This document shows positions 30,433 to 38,962 of a DNA stretch of 64,000 bases, one piece after another. The stretch is from contig CAWABC010000055.1 of the NCBI GenBank assembly GCA_963780105.1, forward strand, positions 3,015 to 67,014. Direction: 5' to 3'. A program made the translations under genes and the position numbers. The DNA is from an uncultured Acidobacteriaceae bacterium. Its GTDB lineage: Bacteria; Acidobacteriota; Terriglobia; Terriglobales; Acidobacteriaceae. Under the pieces are notes generated by a model, which had not been told where the DNA came from, did no database searches, and was given only the letters and a program-made list of their open reading frames with translations. Every line of letters begins with the position of its first letter. The stretch's first letter is position 1.

Positions 30433-32169
30433 ATGAAGAGATTCTGTTGGACGCACTATGGGACTGTTCTATTTTTCATTCTCCTGATGGCAACCTTCAG
30501 CGCGGCGCAACCAAAAAAGACCCGGGCGATGACGGGCTCGGCCGCGAAGAGCGGAGCGCCGGCGAATTTGAAAGTGGCGGCCGACCTGGGGCAACGCCTG
30601 GCGAAATTCCAGCGCGTCCGAATGCCCTTCCAGACGGCAGGCTTGAGCGCTCGCGAGCAGCAGATGGTGCGCAAGCTGGTGGAGGCGTGCGGCTACCTGG
30701 AAAGTATCTACTGGCGGCAGAGCGATCCGGAGGGCCTGACGCTGTACCAGTCGCTGGCCTCGAGCCGGAATCTGCGCGATGTCAAACTGCGGACCTACCT
30801 GTGGATCAACGCCTCGCGCTTCGACCTGATTGACGAGGATAGGCCGTTTGTCGGGACCGAGGCCGTGCCGCCTGGGCGAGGGTTCTATCCGGCAAAGCTG
30901 ACGCGCGATCAGGTGGAACAATACGTCAAGCAGCATCCGGAGCAGAAGGCGGCAATCTACGATCAATTCACGATCGTGCGGTGGAATCAGGGAAAGCTTG
31001 AAACGGTTCCCTACCGGGTTGCGTTTCGCGCTTTTCTGGAGCCGGCGGCGGAAGCTCTGCGGGCAGCGGCTGATCTTAGTGATGACGAGGCCTTCGCCAA
31101 GTTTCTTCGGATGCGGGCCGACGCGCTGCTGAGCGACGATTACTTTCCGAGCGACCTGGCCTGGCTGGAGTTGAAGAATCCGAAATTCGATATCATCTTT
31201 GCGCCCTATGAAACCTATCTGGACGGACTGTTGGGCGTGAAAGGTTCCTACGGCGCGGCGGTGATGCTGCGTAACGAGCGCGAGAGCAAGAAGCTGGAAC
31301 TGTTCCAGAAATACGTGCCACAAATTCAAGACGCGTTGCCGCTGGCGGCGGAAGATCGGCCATCGAAACAAGGACTCGAGACGCCGATGGAAGTGATGGA
31401 CGCTCCGTTTCGAGCGGGAGACCTGACGCACGGCTACCAGGCGGTGGCCGATAATTTGCCGAACGATCCGCGAGTGCATGAGCAGAAGGGCAGCAAGAAA
31501 CTTTTCTTCAAGAATTTCATGGACGCGCGCGTGAACTACGTCATCTTGCCGGTCGCACGCAAGCTGATGGAGCCGAAGCAGGCTGCGAAAGTTTCGGGCG
31601 AAGGCTATTTGCTGGGCACGATCATGCACGAAATCTGTCACGGGCTGGGTCCGGCATTCGCGCGGACTTCGTCTGGTTCGGCGCCGGGCAAGGTCAGTAT
31701 TCGGGAAGCGATTGGTCCGGGCTTTAGCGGTCTGGAAGAGGCGAAGGCCGACGTCACCGGGATGTTCGGCTTGAAATGGCTGGTCGATCACGACGCGCTT
31801 CCCAAAGAGAAGCTGCAAGAGTATTACGCGTCGTACGTGGGTGGACTGTTCCGCACGGTACGCTTCGGAACCGCCGAGGCGCACGGCCAAGCGGAAATGA
31901 TGGAATTCAACTATCTCTCGGAGCGCGGCGCCATCCGGCGGAACGCGAACGGGCGGTATGCCGTTGACTATGAGAAGATGCCGGGCGCGATCGCCGATCT
32001 AGCCAAAGAGCTGTTGGAGACCGAGGCCACGGGAGATCGGGTGCGCGCGGAAAACTGGTTCAAGAAATACGACACGATGCCAGAGGAATTGAAGGCGTCG
32101 CTGAAGGCGGTTTCGAACGTTCCGGTGGATATTGATCCGGTGTTTTCGTTTGCGCAGAGGGTGAGATAG
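30433..32169 (+). CDS. secreted zinc metallopeptidase, DPP III (M49)-like
   Basis: 578 aa. Has a signal peptide. IMHEICHGLGP carries HExxH, and GLEEAKADVTG is an EExxAD-like second zinc motif. Confidence 0.55.
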   Translation: MKRFCWTHYGTVLFFILLMATFSAAQPKKTRAMTGSAAKSGAPANLKVAADLGQRLAKFQRVRMPFQTAGLSAREQQMVRKLVEACGYLESIYWRQSDPEGLTLYQSLASSRNLRDVKLRTYLWINASRFDLIDEDRPFVGTEAVPPGRGFYPAKLTRDQVEQYVKQHPEQKAAIYDQFTIVRWNQGKLETVPYRVAFRAFLEPAAEALRAAADLSDDEAFAKFLRMRADALLSDDYFPSDLAWLELKNPKFDIIFAPYETYLDGLLGVKGSYGAAVMLRNERESKKLELFQKYVPQIQDALPLAAEDRPSKQGLETPMEVMDAPFRAGDLTHGYQAVADNLPNDPRVHEQKGSKKLFFKNFMDARVNYVILPVARKLMEPKQAAKVSGEGYLLGTIMHEICHGLGPAFARTSSGSAPGKVSIREAIGPGFSGLEEAKADVTGMFGLKWLVDHDALPKEKLQEYYASYVGGLFRTVRFGTAEAHGQAEMMEFNYLSERGAIRRNANGRYAVDYEKMPGAIADLAKELLETEATGDRVRAENWFKKYDTMPEELKASLKAVSNVPVDIDPVFSFAQRVR

Positions 32170-32172
32170 AGG

Positions 32173-32250
32173 GCTGCGAGCTACGAGCTTCGGGCTACGA
32201 GCAAGCAAAAGCTGTTTCATCTCTCTCGCTCGTAGCTCGCAGCTCGTAGC
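32173..32250. repeat. nested palindrome between convergent genes (probable bidirectional terminator)
   Basis: GCTGCGAGCTACGAGC (32173-32188) is the perfect reverse complement of GCTCGTAGCTCGCAGC (32228-32243). A second GCTACGA/TCGTAGC pair lies at 32195-32201 / 32244-32250. Confidence 0.75.
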
Positions 32251-32254
32251 GCTC

Positions 32255-33103
32255 TTACACCCACTCCACGCGCGGCTTCTTCGGAATGATGCCTGCCTTG
32301 TGCCCCATGTCAAGCAACCGCTTCACGGCTTCGCGACCGTCGTCGCCGTAGTCAAGCGTGCGCTCGTTGACGTACATGCCGACGAATTTATCGGCGAGTT
32401 GGGCGTCGAGATCGCGGGCAAACTGCATGGCGTAGGCTAACGCTTCTTCGCGATGGTCGATGGCGTACTGGATGCTCTCGCGCAGCGCCTGGGTGACGCT
32501 GGCCATCGTTTCCTTGCCGAGCGAGCGGCGGATAGCGTTGCCGCCAAGCGGCAGCGGTAGTCCGGTGACTTTCAGCCACCATTTGCCGAGATCGACTACG
32601 CGGTGCAGTCCGGACTTGTCATAAGTCAGCTGGCCTTCGTGAATGATGAGGCCGGCCTCGTGTTTGCCTTCTAGAATCTGCGGGATAATTTGATCGAAGG
32701 GGACAACCTCCACTTCAATGCCGGGTGCGAATAGTTCGAGCGCCAGGTAGGCGGTGGTGAGCTTGCCGGGGACGGCGATCTTCTTTTGCTTGATTTCGTC
32801 CGGCGTAAAGGGCCGCGTGGAAACTAGCATCGGACCGTAACCGTCACCCACGCTGCCGCCGCACGACATCAGCGTGTATTTTTCCTGAATGTAGGGAAAG
32901 GCGTGGAACGAGATCGCGGTTACGTCGTAGACACCTTCTTGCGCCTGGCGGTTCAGCGTCTCGATATCGCAAAGGGTGTGGGTGAACTTCAGTCCGGGCA
33001 CGCGAACTTTGTTTGTGGCCAGGCCGTAAAACATGAAGGCGTCGTCGGAGTCTGGGCTGTGGGCCACGGTGATTTCGCGAACTGAAGAAGATACTGCACT
33101 CAT
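32255..33103 (-). CDS. mqnD: 1,4-dihydroxy-6-naphthoate synthase (futalosine pathway)
   Basis: 282 aa. ITVAHSPDSDDAFMFYGL and ...GLIIHEGQLTY match the MqnD/VitK2_biosynth family pattern. Confidence 0.75.
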   Translation of the reverse strand: MSAVSSSVREITVAHSPDSDDAFMFYGLATNKVRVPGLKFTHTLCDIETLNRQAQEGVYDVTAISFHAFPYIQEKYTLMSCGGSVGDGYGPMLVSTRPFTPDEIKQKKIAVPGKLTTAYLALELFAPGIEVEVVPFDQIIPQILEGKHEAGLIIHEGQLTYDKSGLHRVVDLGKWWLKVTGLPLPLGGNAIRRSLGKETMASVTQALRESIQYAIDHREEALAYAMQFARDLDAQLADKFVGMYVNERTLDYGDDGREAVKRLLDMGHKAGIIPKKPRVEWV

Positions 33104-33180
33104 AAGATTCCGTAATCCTGTTCTATAAATAGCGGCGTTGGTAAGGTTCCTGCAAACTCGTTGAAGAAACCCCCGACTTT

Positions 33181-33258
33181 GTCATCCTGAGCGAAGCGAA
33201 GGACCTGCTTTCTGGTGCACAGACAAGAAAGCAGGTCCTTCGCTTCGCTCAGGATGAC
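33181..33258. repeat. REP-like palindrome, family 1 (copy A)
   Basis: GTCATCCTGAGCGAAGCGAAGGACCTGCTTTCT (33181-33213) is the perfect inverted repeat of 33226-33258. The loop is 12 nt. Confidence 0.9.
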
Positions 33259-33301
33259 AACTCCCGTCTTCAAATGCTCCACCAAGAATGCCTCGTTCCG
33301 T

Positions 33302-33895
33302 TCAGGGCTGCGCAGAACGTTGTTGGTGCCAGCGAGCGGCGACGGCGGCGGCCATCAGCACCTTGATGACTTCCGCAAAAACGAACCAGTAGAGGCCATA
33401 TCGGAGGGCCAGAGAAACAGAGTGCGTGAGCACGGCGAGCCAACTGAGCCCGCCCGTGAAGAGCACCAGTTCCGCAGCCACGGACGACAGCGCGGCCCAG
33501 GCGAAACGGCGTGAACCTTCTTTCGAACTCTGCTCGTAGATCCAGCCCGCGACGAAGGCCACCAGCGGATATGCCATGAGGAATCCGCCGGTCGGGCCGA
33601 GTAGCTGGGCGATTCCGCCGCCTAGAATCGATGGGCTGAATACGGGCATGCCGAACGCGCCTTCGATCAGATAGAGCGAGAGCGCAGCGAAACCACGGCG
33701 CGAACCAAGGAGCAAACCCACGGCGAGGACTCCGAAATTCTGCATCGTCAGCGGAACTGGCGTGAACGGCAGAGGCACGGTCACGCGCGCGCACAGAGCG
33801 ACGAAGAGGCTGGCCGAAATCACGACGGCTGCCTGCTTCGCATATTCCATCGACCGGGTCGGCTGGCGGAAGACTTGGGTCGCTGCTTTCGACAT
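33302..33895 (-). CDS. bioY: biotin transporter BioY
   Basis: ORF 33302..33949. The ATG at 33895 gives MSKAATQVF... Also VTVPLPFTPVPLTMQNFGVLAVGLLLGSRRGF and GPTGGFLMAYP. Confidence 0.85.
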   Translation of the reverse strand: MSKAATQVFRQPTRSMEYAKQAAVVISASLFVALCARVTVPLPFTPVPLTMQNFGVLAVGLLLGSRRGFAALSLYLIEGAFGMPVFSPSILGGGIAQLLGPTGGFLMAYPLVAFVAGWIYEQSSKEGSRRFAWAALSSVAAELVLFTGGLSWLAVLTHSVSLALRYGLYWFVFAEVIKVLMAAAVAARWHQQRSAQP

Positions 33896-33913
33896 GACTA
33901 TCCTCTCCTCTTC

Positions 33914-33980
33914 GTGGATCAAACCGGGTAAATCAAACCGGCGGATCAAATCTGCGGATCAAACTCCTGGCGGGGATCAG
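33914..33980. repeat. four to five tandem 13-14 nt units with core GGATCAAA, just upstream of bioY
   Basis: GTGGATCAAACCGG / GTAAATCAAACCGG / CGGATCAAATCTG / CGGATCAAACTCCTGG / CGGGGATCAGG. Confidence 0.8.
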
Positions 33981-34129
33981 GCTTCCGGCGGCGAGTGGTC
34001 GAGGCCGCCCGGTTCCGGTGTGTGGGCCGCCGCGCGCTTCAATTGCCGCCGGACCCGCATGTAGAGCGTAAGGGCAACTGACACCACCACCGCGGCACTG
34101 ACTCCCAGTATGAGAAACCACCAGAGCAT
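33977..34129 (-). CDS. possible small single-TM protein (50 aa)
   Basis: Own translation: MLWWFLILGVSAAVVVSVALTLYMRVRRQLKRAAAHTPEPGGLDHSPPEA*. It is below the ORF-track size cutoff, and its 3' end overlaps the tandem repeats. Confidence 0.3.
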   Translation of the reverse strand: MLWWFLILGVSAAVVVSVALTLYMRVRRQLKRAAAHTPEPGGLDHSPPEA

Positions 34130-34219
34130 CCGCACAGCACATTTAGGATAGCAGATGGGCGGCCGCGCAAATGTGCCTAGAACACAGTAATGAAGATAAA
34201 GAAGGGCGCTCGGCTGCGG

Positions 34220-34684
34220 TCAGGCCTTCTTGGCAGGCTTGGCCATGGCTTTGAGGCGATTTTGAATGTTCTTCGAGACGCGCTCCAGGCGCTTGCGGGC
34301 GGTCTTCGATCCGGTGGCCACTTTCTCGATGTTGCCGAAGGCATCGGGATTGTTGGTCTTCGCACGAAATTCCTTAAGGAACGGATAGACCTTGGCGAAA
34401 ATGAAGAACATTTCGCCGCTACAGCCGGGCTGCAGAAAGAGTTCCTCGTTGAGCGCGCCTTGCAGCACGAAGGACGCCGCCATATCCCAATAGCCGCCCA
34501 CCTGTCGAATCCAGGCGTTTTCCTGGCTGGGGAACGAACTCGCAACCTTGATTAGCTCGTCGGCACTCCGCGGCCAGAATTCTGCCGTGAACCAGTTTCT
34601 TGCTTTGCGCATCTCCGCTTCGCGGCGAAGGTCGTAGAGTTTCAGAATCAGCCCTGCATCGTGAACGGTCGGTTTCTTTGCCAT
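34220..34684 (-). CDS. hypothetical cytoplasmic protein
   Basis: 154 aa. MAKKPTVHDAGLILKLYDLRREAEMRKARNWF... Protein-like composition; the family is not recognised. Confidence 0.55.
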   Translation of the reverse strand: MAKKPTVHDAGLILKLYDLRREAEMRKARNWFTAEFWPRSADELIKVASSFPSQENAWIRQVGGYWDMAASFVLQGALNEELFLQPGCSGEMFFIFAKVYPFLKEFRAKTNNPDAFGNIEKVATGSKTARKRLERVSKNIQNRLKAMAKPAKKA

Positions 34685-34739
34685 AGTTTCGCCTCGTCAG
34701 TCATGTTTTGAAATTTCGTTCCGAGAACCGCGTCTATTG

Positions 34740-37253
34740 TCAGGCTTTCGCAGCGCCCGCGGCTCCGCCTTCAAACGGGCGCTCGTAATCGCATTCTTTA
34801 TTCGGACAGGCGATCACCGGTCCTTCTTTGCGGACTCGTTCCACCAGGTATTCATGTCCGCAATCGGGACATTTCTCGGCAACGGGTTTCCCCGCGGACG
34901 TGAACTTGCACTTCGGGTAATTCCCGCAGCCGTAAAACGTATTGCCCTTGCGCGCGCGTTTTTCGACGAGCTCGCCTTCCTTGCACTGGGGGCACTTCAC
35001 TCCGATGAAATTCTGCTTCACATATTTGCAGTCGGGATATCCACTGCACGAAGTGAACTCGCCGTAACGGCCGTGCCGCAGGATCAAGTTGCGCTTGCAC
35101 AGCGGGCAAGTTTCGTCGAGTGGAATGTCAGGCACTTTCTTGCCCTGATCGAGCCGCCGCGTCGTCTTGCAATCGGGATAGCCGGTGCAGGCCATGAATT
35201 GACCGAAGCGTCCGCGCTTTAGAACCATGACGCGGCCGCAGTTTTCGCAGTATTCCTCTTGCGCCGTCTCCTGCAGATCGGCCGAGTCGAGGTCGGGCAA
35301 GTTGATGGGATTCTCTTTGGTGAACTTGCAGGTGTCGGGGTTTTCCTTGTCGTAGGTGCTGCACGCGTAGAACGAACCGTGCTTTCCCCACTTGATGACC
35401 AGCGGCGCGCCGCAGAGTTCACACTTTTCGTCGGTGGGTTTCTCCATACGCTTGATGTTTTCCATGTGCTTTTCGGCGTATCGGAGATCCTTCGCAAATT
35501 TCTTATAGAACTCGGTGAGCGCGTCGTTCCCCGTCTGCTTACCTTCTTCAATGTCGTCGAGCTCTTCTTCCAGGCGCGCGGTGTATTGGAAGTCGAAAAT
35601 ATCCTTAAAGTTCTCCACCAGCAAATCGGTGACCACCAGGCCAATTTCGGTGGGCGTGAACTTGCCGCCGACTTTTTGCGCGTACATGCGCTCCTGAATG
35701 GTGCTCAAGATGGTCGCGTAGGTGGAAGGCCGGCCGATGCCGCGCTCCTCGAGTTCCTTCACCAACGAAGCTTCGTTGAAGCGCGGAGGCGGTTCGGTGA
35801 AATGCTGCTCCGGGAGAAGCGACTTCAGCGTCAGTTTCTGTCCGGCTTCGAGCGGCGGGAGTTTGTGCTTCAATTCCTCGTCTTCTTCGTCCTTGCTGTC
35901 TTTGGACTCTTCATAGACCTTGAGGAAGCCGTCGAACTTCATGACCGATCCGGTGACTCGGAACCAGAAAATGTCGTTTCCAGATTTGGCGTCAATGTCG
36001 ACCGAGGTCTGGTCGAAGACGGCGGGGTTCATCTGCGAGGCGATGAATCGCTGCCAGATCAGTTTGTAAACTTTGAATTCGTCTTCATGCAGATATTTCT
36101 TGATCTGGTCGGGATGGCGCATCGCCGAAGTTGGACGAATGGCCTCGTGAGCCGCTTGCGCTTCTTTCTTCTCCTTATATGTATTGGGCGACTCGGGCAA
36201 ATACTGGGCGCCGTACTCGCTGGTAATGTAGTCGCGGACCTCGGCGATCGCCTCGGCCGAAACACGAGTCGAATCGGTGCGCATGTAGGTGATCAGGCCG
36301 ACCAGTCCCTCGTCGCCGAGTTCGACACCTTCATAAAGGCGCTGCGCGATCATCATGGTGCGCTTCACGCTGAAGCGCAGCTTGCGGGAGGAATCCTGCT
36401 GCAGCTTGCTGGTGGTGAACGGCGGAGTGGCATTGCGACGCCGCTCTTTCTTATCCGCGGAGCGGACGACCCAATCGGCCTTTTCAAGCGCCAGGCGGAT
36501 TTTTTCCGCTTCCTCGCCGTTCGGGATTTCGATTTTCTCTTCGCCCTTGCCCAGGAAGCGGGCGTCGAATGCCGGAGGCTTATTGGCGGCAAGATGGGCG
36601 TCAATCGTCCAGTATTCTTTTTTCTCGAAGGCTTTGATTTCGCGTTCGCGATCGACGATCAAACGGAGCGCGACGGTCTGCACCCGTCCGGCGGAAAGGC
36701 CGCGGCGAACTTTGTCCCACAAAAGAGGAGAGACCTGGTAGCCCACGAGGCGATCGAGCACGCGGCGGGTCTGCTGCGCGTCCACCAGTTTGCGGTCGAT
36801 GTCGCGGGGATGCTCAAAAGCGGCCTTGACGGCGCGTTGCGTGATCTCGTTGAAGGTCACGCGGCGGATGCGTGCGTCGTCGCCGACGTCGTCCGTCTTC
36901 TTCTTGGCAGTCTTCTTCCCCTTCTTTTTCTTGCCTGGGGCTTCGCCGAGTTCGTCGGCAAGATGGGCGGCGATGGCTTCGCCTTCGCGATCCGGATCAG
37001 GCGCGAGGTAGATGTGATCGGCCGAGAGCGCCAGTTTCTTCAGCTTGGCCAGGACTTTTTCTTTTCCCGGGATGACGACGTATTCGGTTTCGAAGTCATT
37101 TTCGACGTCGACACCGAGGCTACTCTTGGGCAAGTCCTTCACGTGGCCGTAAGAAGCATCGACCGTGAATCCCTTGCCCAGATATTTCTGGATAGTTTTC
37201 GCCTTCGCGGGCGATTCGACAATGACTAGACCTTTGGACAATGTTCTCCCCAA
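34740..37253 (-). CDS. topA: DNA topoisomerase I with multiple C-terminal zinc ribbons
   Basis: 837 aa. Toprim start LVIVESPAKAKTIQKYLG. Also YITYMRTDS-like LITYMRTDSTR, and several CPxCG...C..YP.C repeats at the C-terminus. Confidence 0.95.
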   Translation of the reverse strand: MGRTLSKGLVIVESPAKAKTIQKYLGKGFTVDASYGHVKDLPKSSLGVDVENDFETEYVVIPGKEKVLAKLKKLALSADHIYLAPDPDREGEAIAAHLADELGEAPGKKKKGKKTAKKKTDDVGDDARIRRVTFNEITQRAVKAAFEHPRDIDRKLVDAQQTRRVLDRLVGYQVSPLLWDKVRRGLSAGRVQTVALRLIVDREREIKAFEKKEYWTIDAHLAANKPPAFDARFLGKGEEKIEIPNGEEAEKIRLALEKADWVVRSADKKERRRNATPPFTTSKLQQDSSRKLRFSVKRTMMIAQRLYEGVELGDEGLVGLITYMRTDSTRVSAEAIAEVRDYITSEYGAQYLPESPNTYKEKKEAQAAHEAIRPTSAMRHPDQIKKYLHEDEFKVYKLIWQRFIASQMNPAVFDQTSVDIDAKSGNDIFWFRVTGSVMKFDGFLKVYEESKDSKDEEDEELKHKLPPLEAGQKLTLKSLLPEQHFTEPPPRFNEASLVKELEERGIGRPSTYATILSTIQERMYAQKVGGKFTPTEIGLVVTDLLVENFKDIFDFQYTARLEEELDDIEEGKQTGNDALTEFYKKFAKDLRYAEKHMENIKRMEKPTDEKCELCGAPLVIKWGKHGSFYACSTYDKENPDTCKFTKENPINLPDLDSADLQETAQEEYCENCGRVMVLKRGRFGQFMACTGYPDCKTTRRLDQGKKVPDIPLDETCPLCKRNLILRHGRYGEFTSCSGYPDCKYVKQNFIGVKCPQCKEGELVEKRARKGNTFYGCGNYPKCKFTSAGKPVAEKCPDCGHEYLVERVRKEGPVIACPNKECDYERPFEGGAAGAAKA

Positions 37254-37293
37254 TTTCGCGGTAATGGAATTGAAGCTAGCACGAATAGCGGTC

Positions 37294-37316
37294 AGCTGTC
37301 AGCTCTCAGCTCTCAG
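37294..37316. repeat. left inverted repeat of the four-helix-bundle gene cassette
   Basis: AGCTGTCAGCTCTCAGCTCTCAG. Its reverse complement matches 37697..37719 at 22 of 23 positions. Confidence 0.85.
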
Positions 37317-37672
37317 TTAGAGACCTTCACCTTTTGCATCAGAGACGACAGCATCTTCTTCACCTCAACCACCTGCGCTGCAAGGCGCTCGTACTCTGGA
37401 TTGTGCAAATATTCCAGATCATGAGCGAGCAGAAATTGGTACTCAAGTTCGCTGGCTGATCCCATGGCAATCTGCAGAAACCGGACCATTTCCGCGTCGC
37501 CCTTTCGACAGCAACCCTCGGCGATATTCATTCCTATCGATGCGGAAGATCGCCTCATCTGACTTGTCAGCCCGAACATCTCATCCCGAGGGAGAGCTTT
37601 GCTCGTTGCATAAACATCCAGAGTCAGATGGTGTGACTTCTCCCAGACCCGAAGATTACGAAAACTCTGCAT
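37313..37672 (-). CDS. four-helix-bundle protein (23S rRNA intervening-sequence protein family)
   Basis: 119 aa. FRNLRVWEKSHHLTLDVY...LTSQMRRSSASIGMNIAEG...F..IAMGSASELEYQFLLA is the family signature. Confidence 0.85.
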   Translation of the reverse strand: MQSFRNLRVWEKSHHLTLDVYATSKALPRDEMFGLTSQMRRSSASIGMNIAEGCCRKGDAEMVRFLQIAMGSASELEYQFLLAHDLEYLHNPEYERLAAQVVEVKKMLSSLMQKVKVSN

Positions 37673-37696
37673 ACGCCCCTCCGGTTTTACTGAAAG

Positions 37697-37719
37697 CTGA
37701 TAGCTGAGAGCTGACAGCT
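37697..37719. repeat. right inverted repeat of the cassette (overlaps the dprA stop)
   Basis: CTGATAGCTGAGAGCTGACAGCT. Confidence 0.85.
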
Positions 37720-38935
37720 AAAAGCTTTTCACAAAATTCTTCCCCGGCAACTGCCTCACTTTCCCGCTGAGCTCCAATTCGAACAGGGCGGCGAAGATTT
37801 CGGAGGACGACATTTCTGCTTCCAGCAATTCGACCAGTTGATCAATGTGGGTGGATTCATCGGCCTTCAACAACTTGAGAATCTTTCTTTCATGGGGCGA
37901 GGTTGCCTCGTCCGGGAATAGAGATGCGGTTTCCGGCACGGGGGATTCATTCTGCATGGCGCTGAGCGCGGACTGTATGTCTGGCGGGAGCTCTTCCCAT
38001 ACGTCTTCCCAGGTGGCGACAAGCTTCGCGCCCTGCTTGATCAGCGTGTTCGGACCCCAGGAATTCTTGTTGGTCACATTGCCCGGGACGGCGTAGACGT
38101 CGCGGTTTTGTTCGAGCGCACAGCGCGAAGTGATGCGCGTGCCGCTGTATTCCGCGGCTTCGACCACCAGCACGCCGGCCGACATGCCGCTGATGATCCG
38201 ATTCCGAATGGGAAAATTTTGCGGCGTGGGAGAAGTTCCGACCGGAAACTCGGTGATCAGCGCGCCGCCGAGAGCCACGATTTGTTCGGCGAGCCGCGTG
38301 TTTTCCCTGGGATACATCACGTCAATTCCTGTGCCGAGGACGGCGACGGTTTTTCCCTTGGCTGCGACCGCGCCGCGATGCGACGCGGTATCGACGCCGC
38401 GCGCTAATCCGCTGATGATCACGAGGCCCCGCGACGCGAGGTCGGTGGAGAGGCGTTCGGCCATGCCGCTGCCGTAGGGAGTCGGATGACGCGTCCCGAC
38501 CATTGCAATGCCGGGCTGCGCCAGCACTTCGACGCTTCCTTTCACGAACAGAATTACCGGCGGGTCGTAAATTTCTTTCAGCCGTGACGGATATTCGGGA
38601 TCGCTCAGCGAAATAATTTTGGCGCGCGCCTCGGAAGCCTTCCCACATTCTTGTTGCGCCAGTTCGAGCGACTTTCCGGTCGCGATCGATTGCGCGGAAA
38701 CGGCGCGCATGCCCTGGGCTTCGAGTTCGGTCAGGCTGGCCTGGAAGACGCGGTCGGCGGTGCCATAGTGCTCGATCAGTTTCTTGATGCGCGTGGGGCC
38801 TAGTCCTGGAGTCAAAGCTAGCGCGAGCCAGTAGATGCCCTGGTAAGAAGCTGGATTGGGGACGGCAACTGCGACGTTAGCCATATCGCGTGACCCTAGC
38901 CTGCGGCGGAAAACCCTGTCAAGGATGGCGCGCAC
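37718..38935 (-). CDS. dprA: DNA processing protein DprA
   Basis: 405 aa (alternative start at 38884). GIAMVGTRHPTPYG, ISGLARGVDTASHRGA and the C-terminal winged helix are present. It sits in the classical position upstream of topA. Confidence 0.9.
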   Translation of the reverse strand: MRAILDRVFRRRLGSRDMANVAVAVPNPASYQGIYWLALALTPGLGPTRIKKLIEHYGTADRVFQASLTELEAQGMRAVSAQSIATGKSLELAQQECGKASEARAKIISLSDPEYPSRLKEIYDPPVILFVKGSVEVLAQPGIAMVGTRHPTPYGSGMAERLSTDLASRGLVIISGLARGVDTASHRGAVAAKGKTVAVLGTGIDVMYPRENTRLAEQIVALGGALITEFPVGTSPTPQNFPIRNRIISGMSAGVLVVEAAEYSGTRITSRCALEQNRDVYAVPGNVTNKNSWGPNTLIKQGAKLVATWEDVWEELPPDIQSALSAMQNESPVPETASLFPDEATSPHERKILKLLKADESTHIDQLVELLEAEMSSSEIFAALFELELSGKVRQLPGKNFVKSF

Positions 38936-38962
38936 ATCACTTTTGGTAGAATTCGTAACTTG

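Noticed and set aside
30469-31890. 473-aa minus-strand ORF.
   Set aside because: It is antisense to the M49-like peptidase gene, which has a signal peptide and zinc motifs. The minus ORF is Arg-rich filler.
33100-33285. 61-aa ORF (and likewise 42123..42353 and 56991..57500) as small proteins.
   Set aside because: They are translations across REP-like palindromes (the VILSEAKDL / LRFAQDD type peptides). The arms are exact inverted repeats, which points to DNA/RNA-level elements.
35259-37229. 656-aa plus-strand ORF.
   Set aside because: It is antisense to topA. It is low-complexity and carries no recognisable motif.
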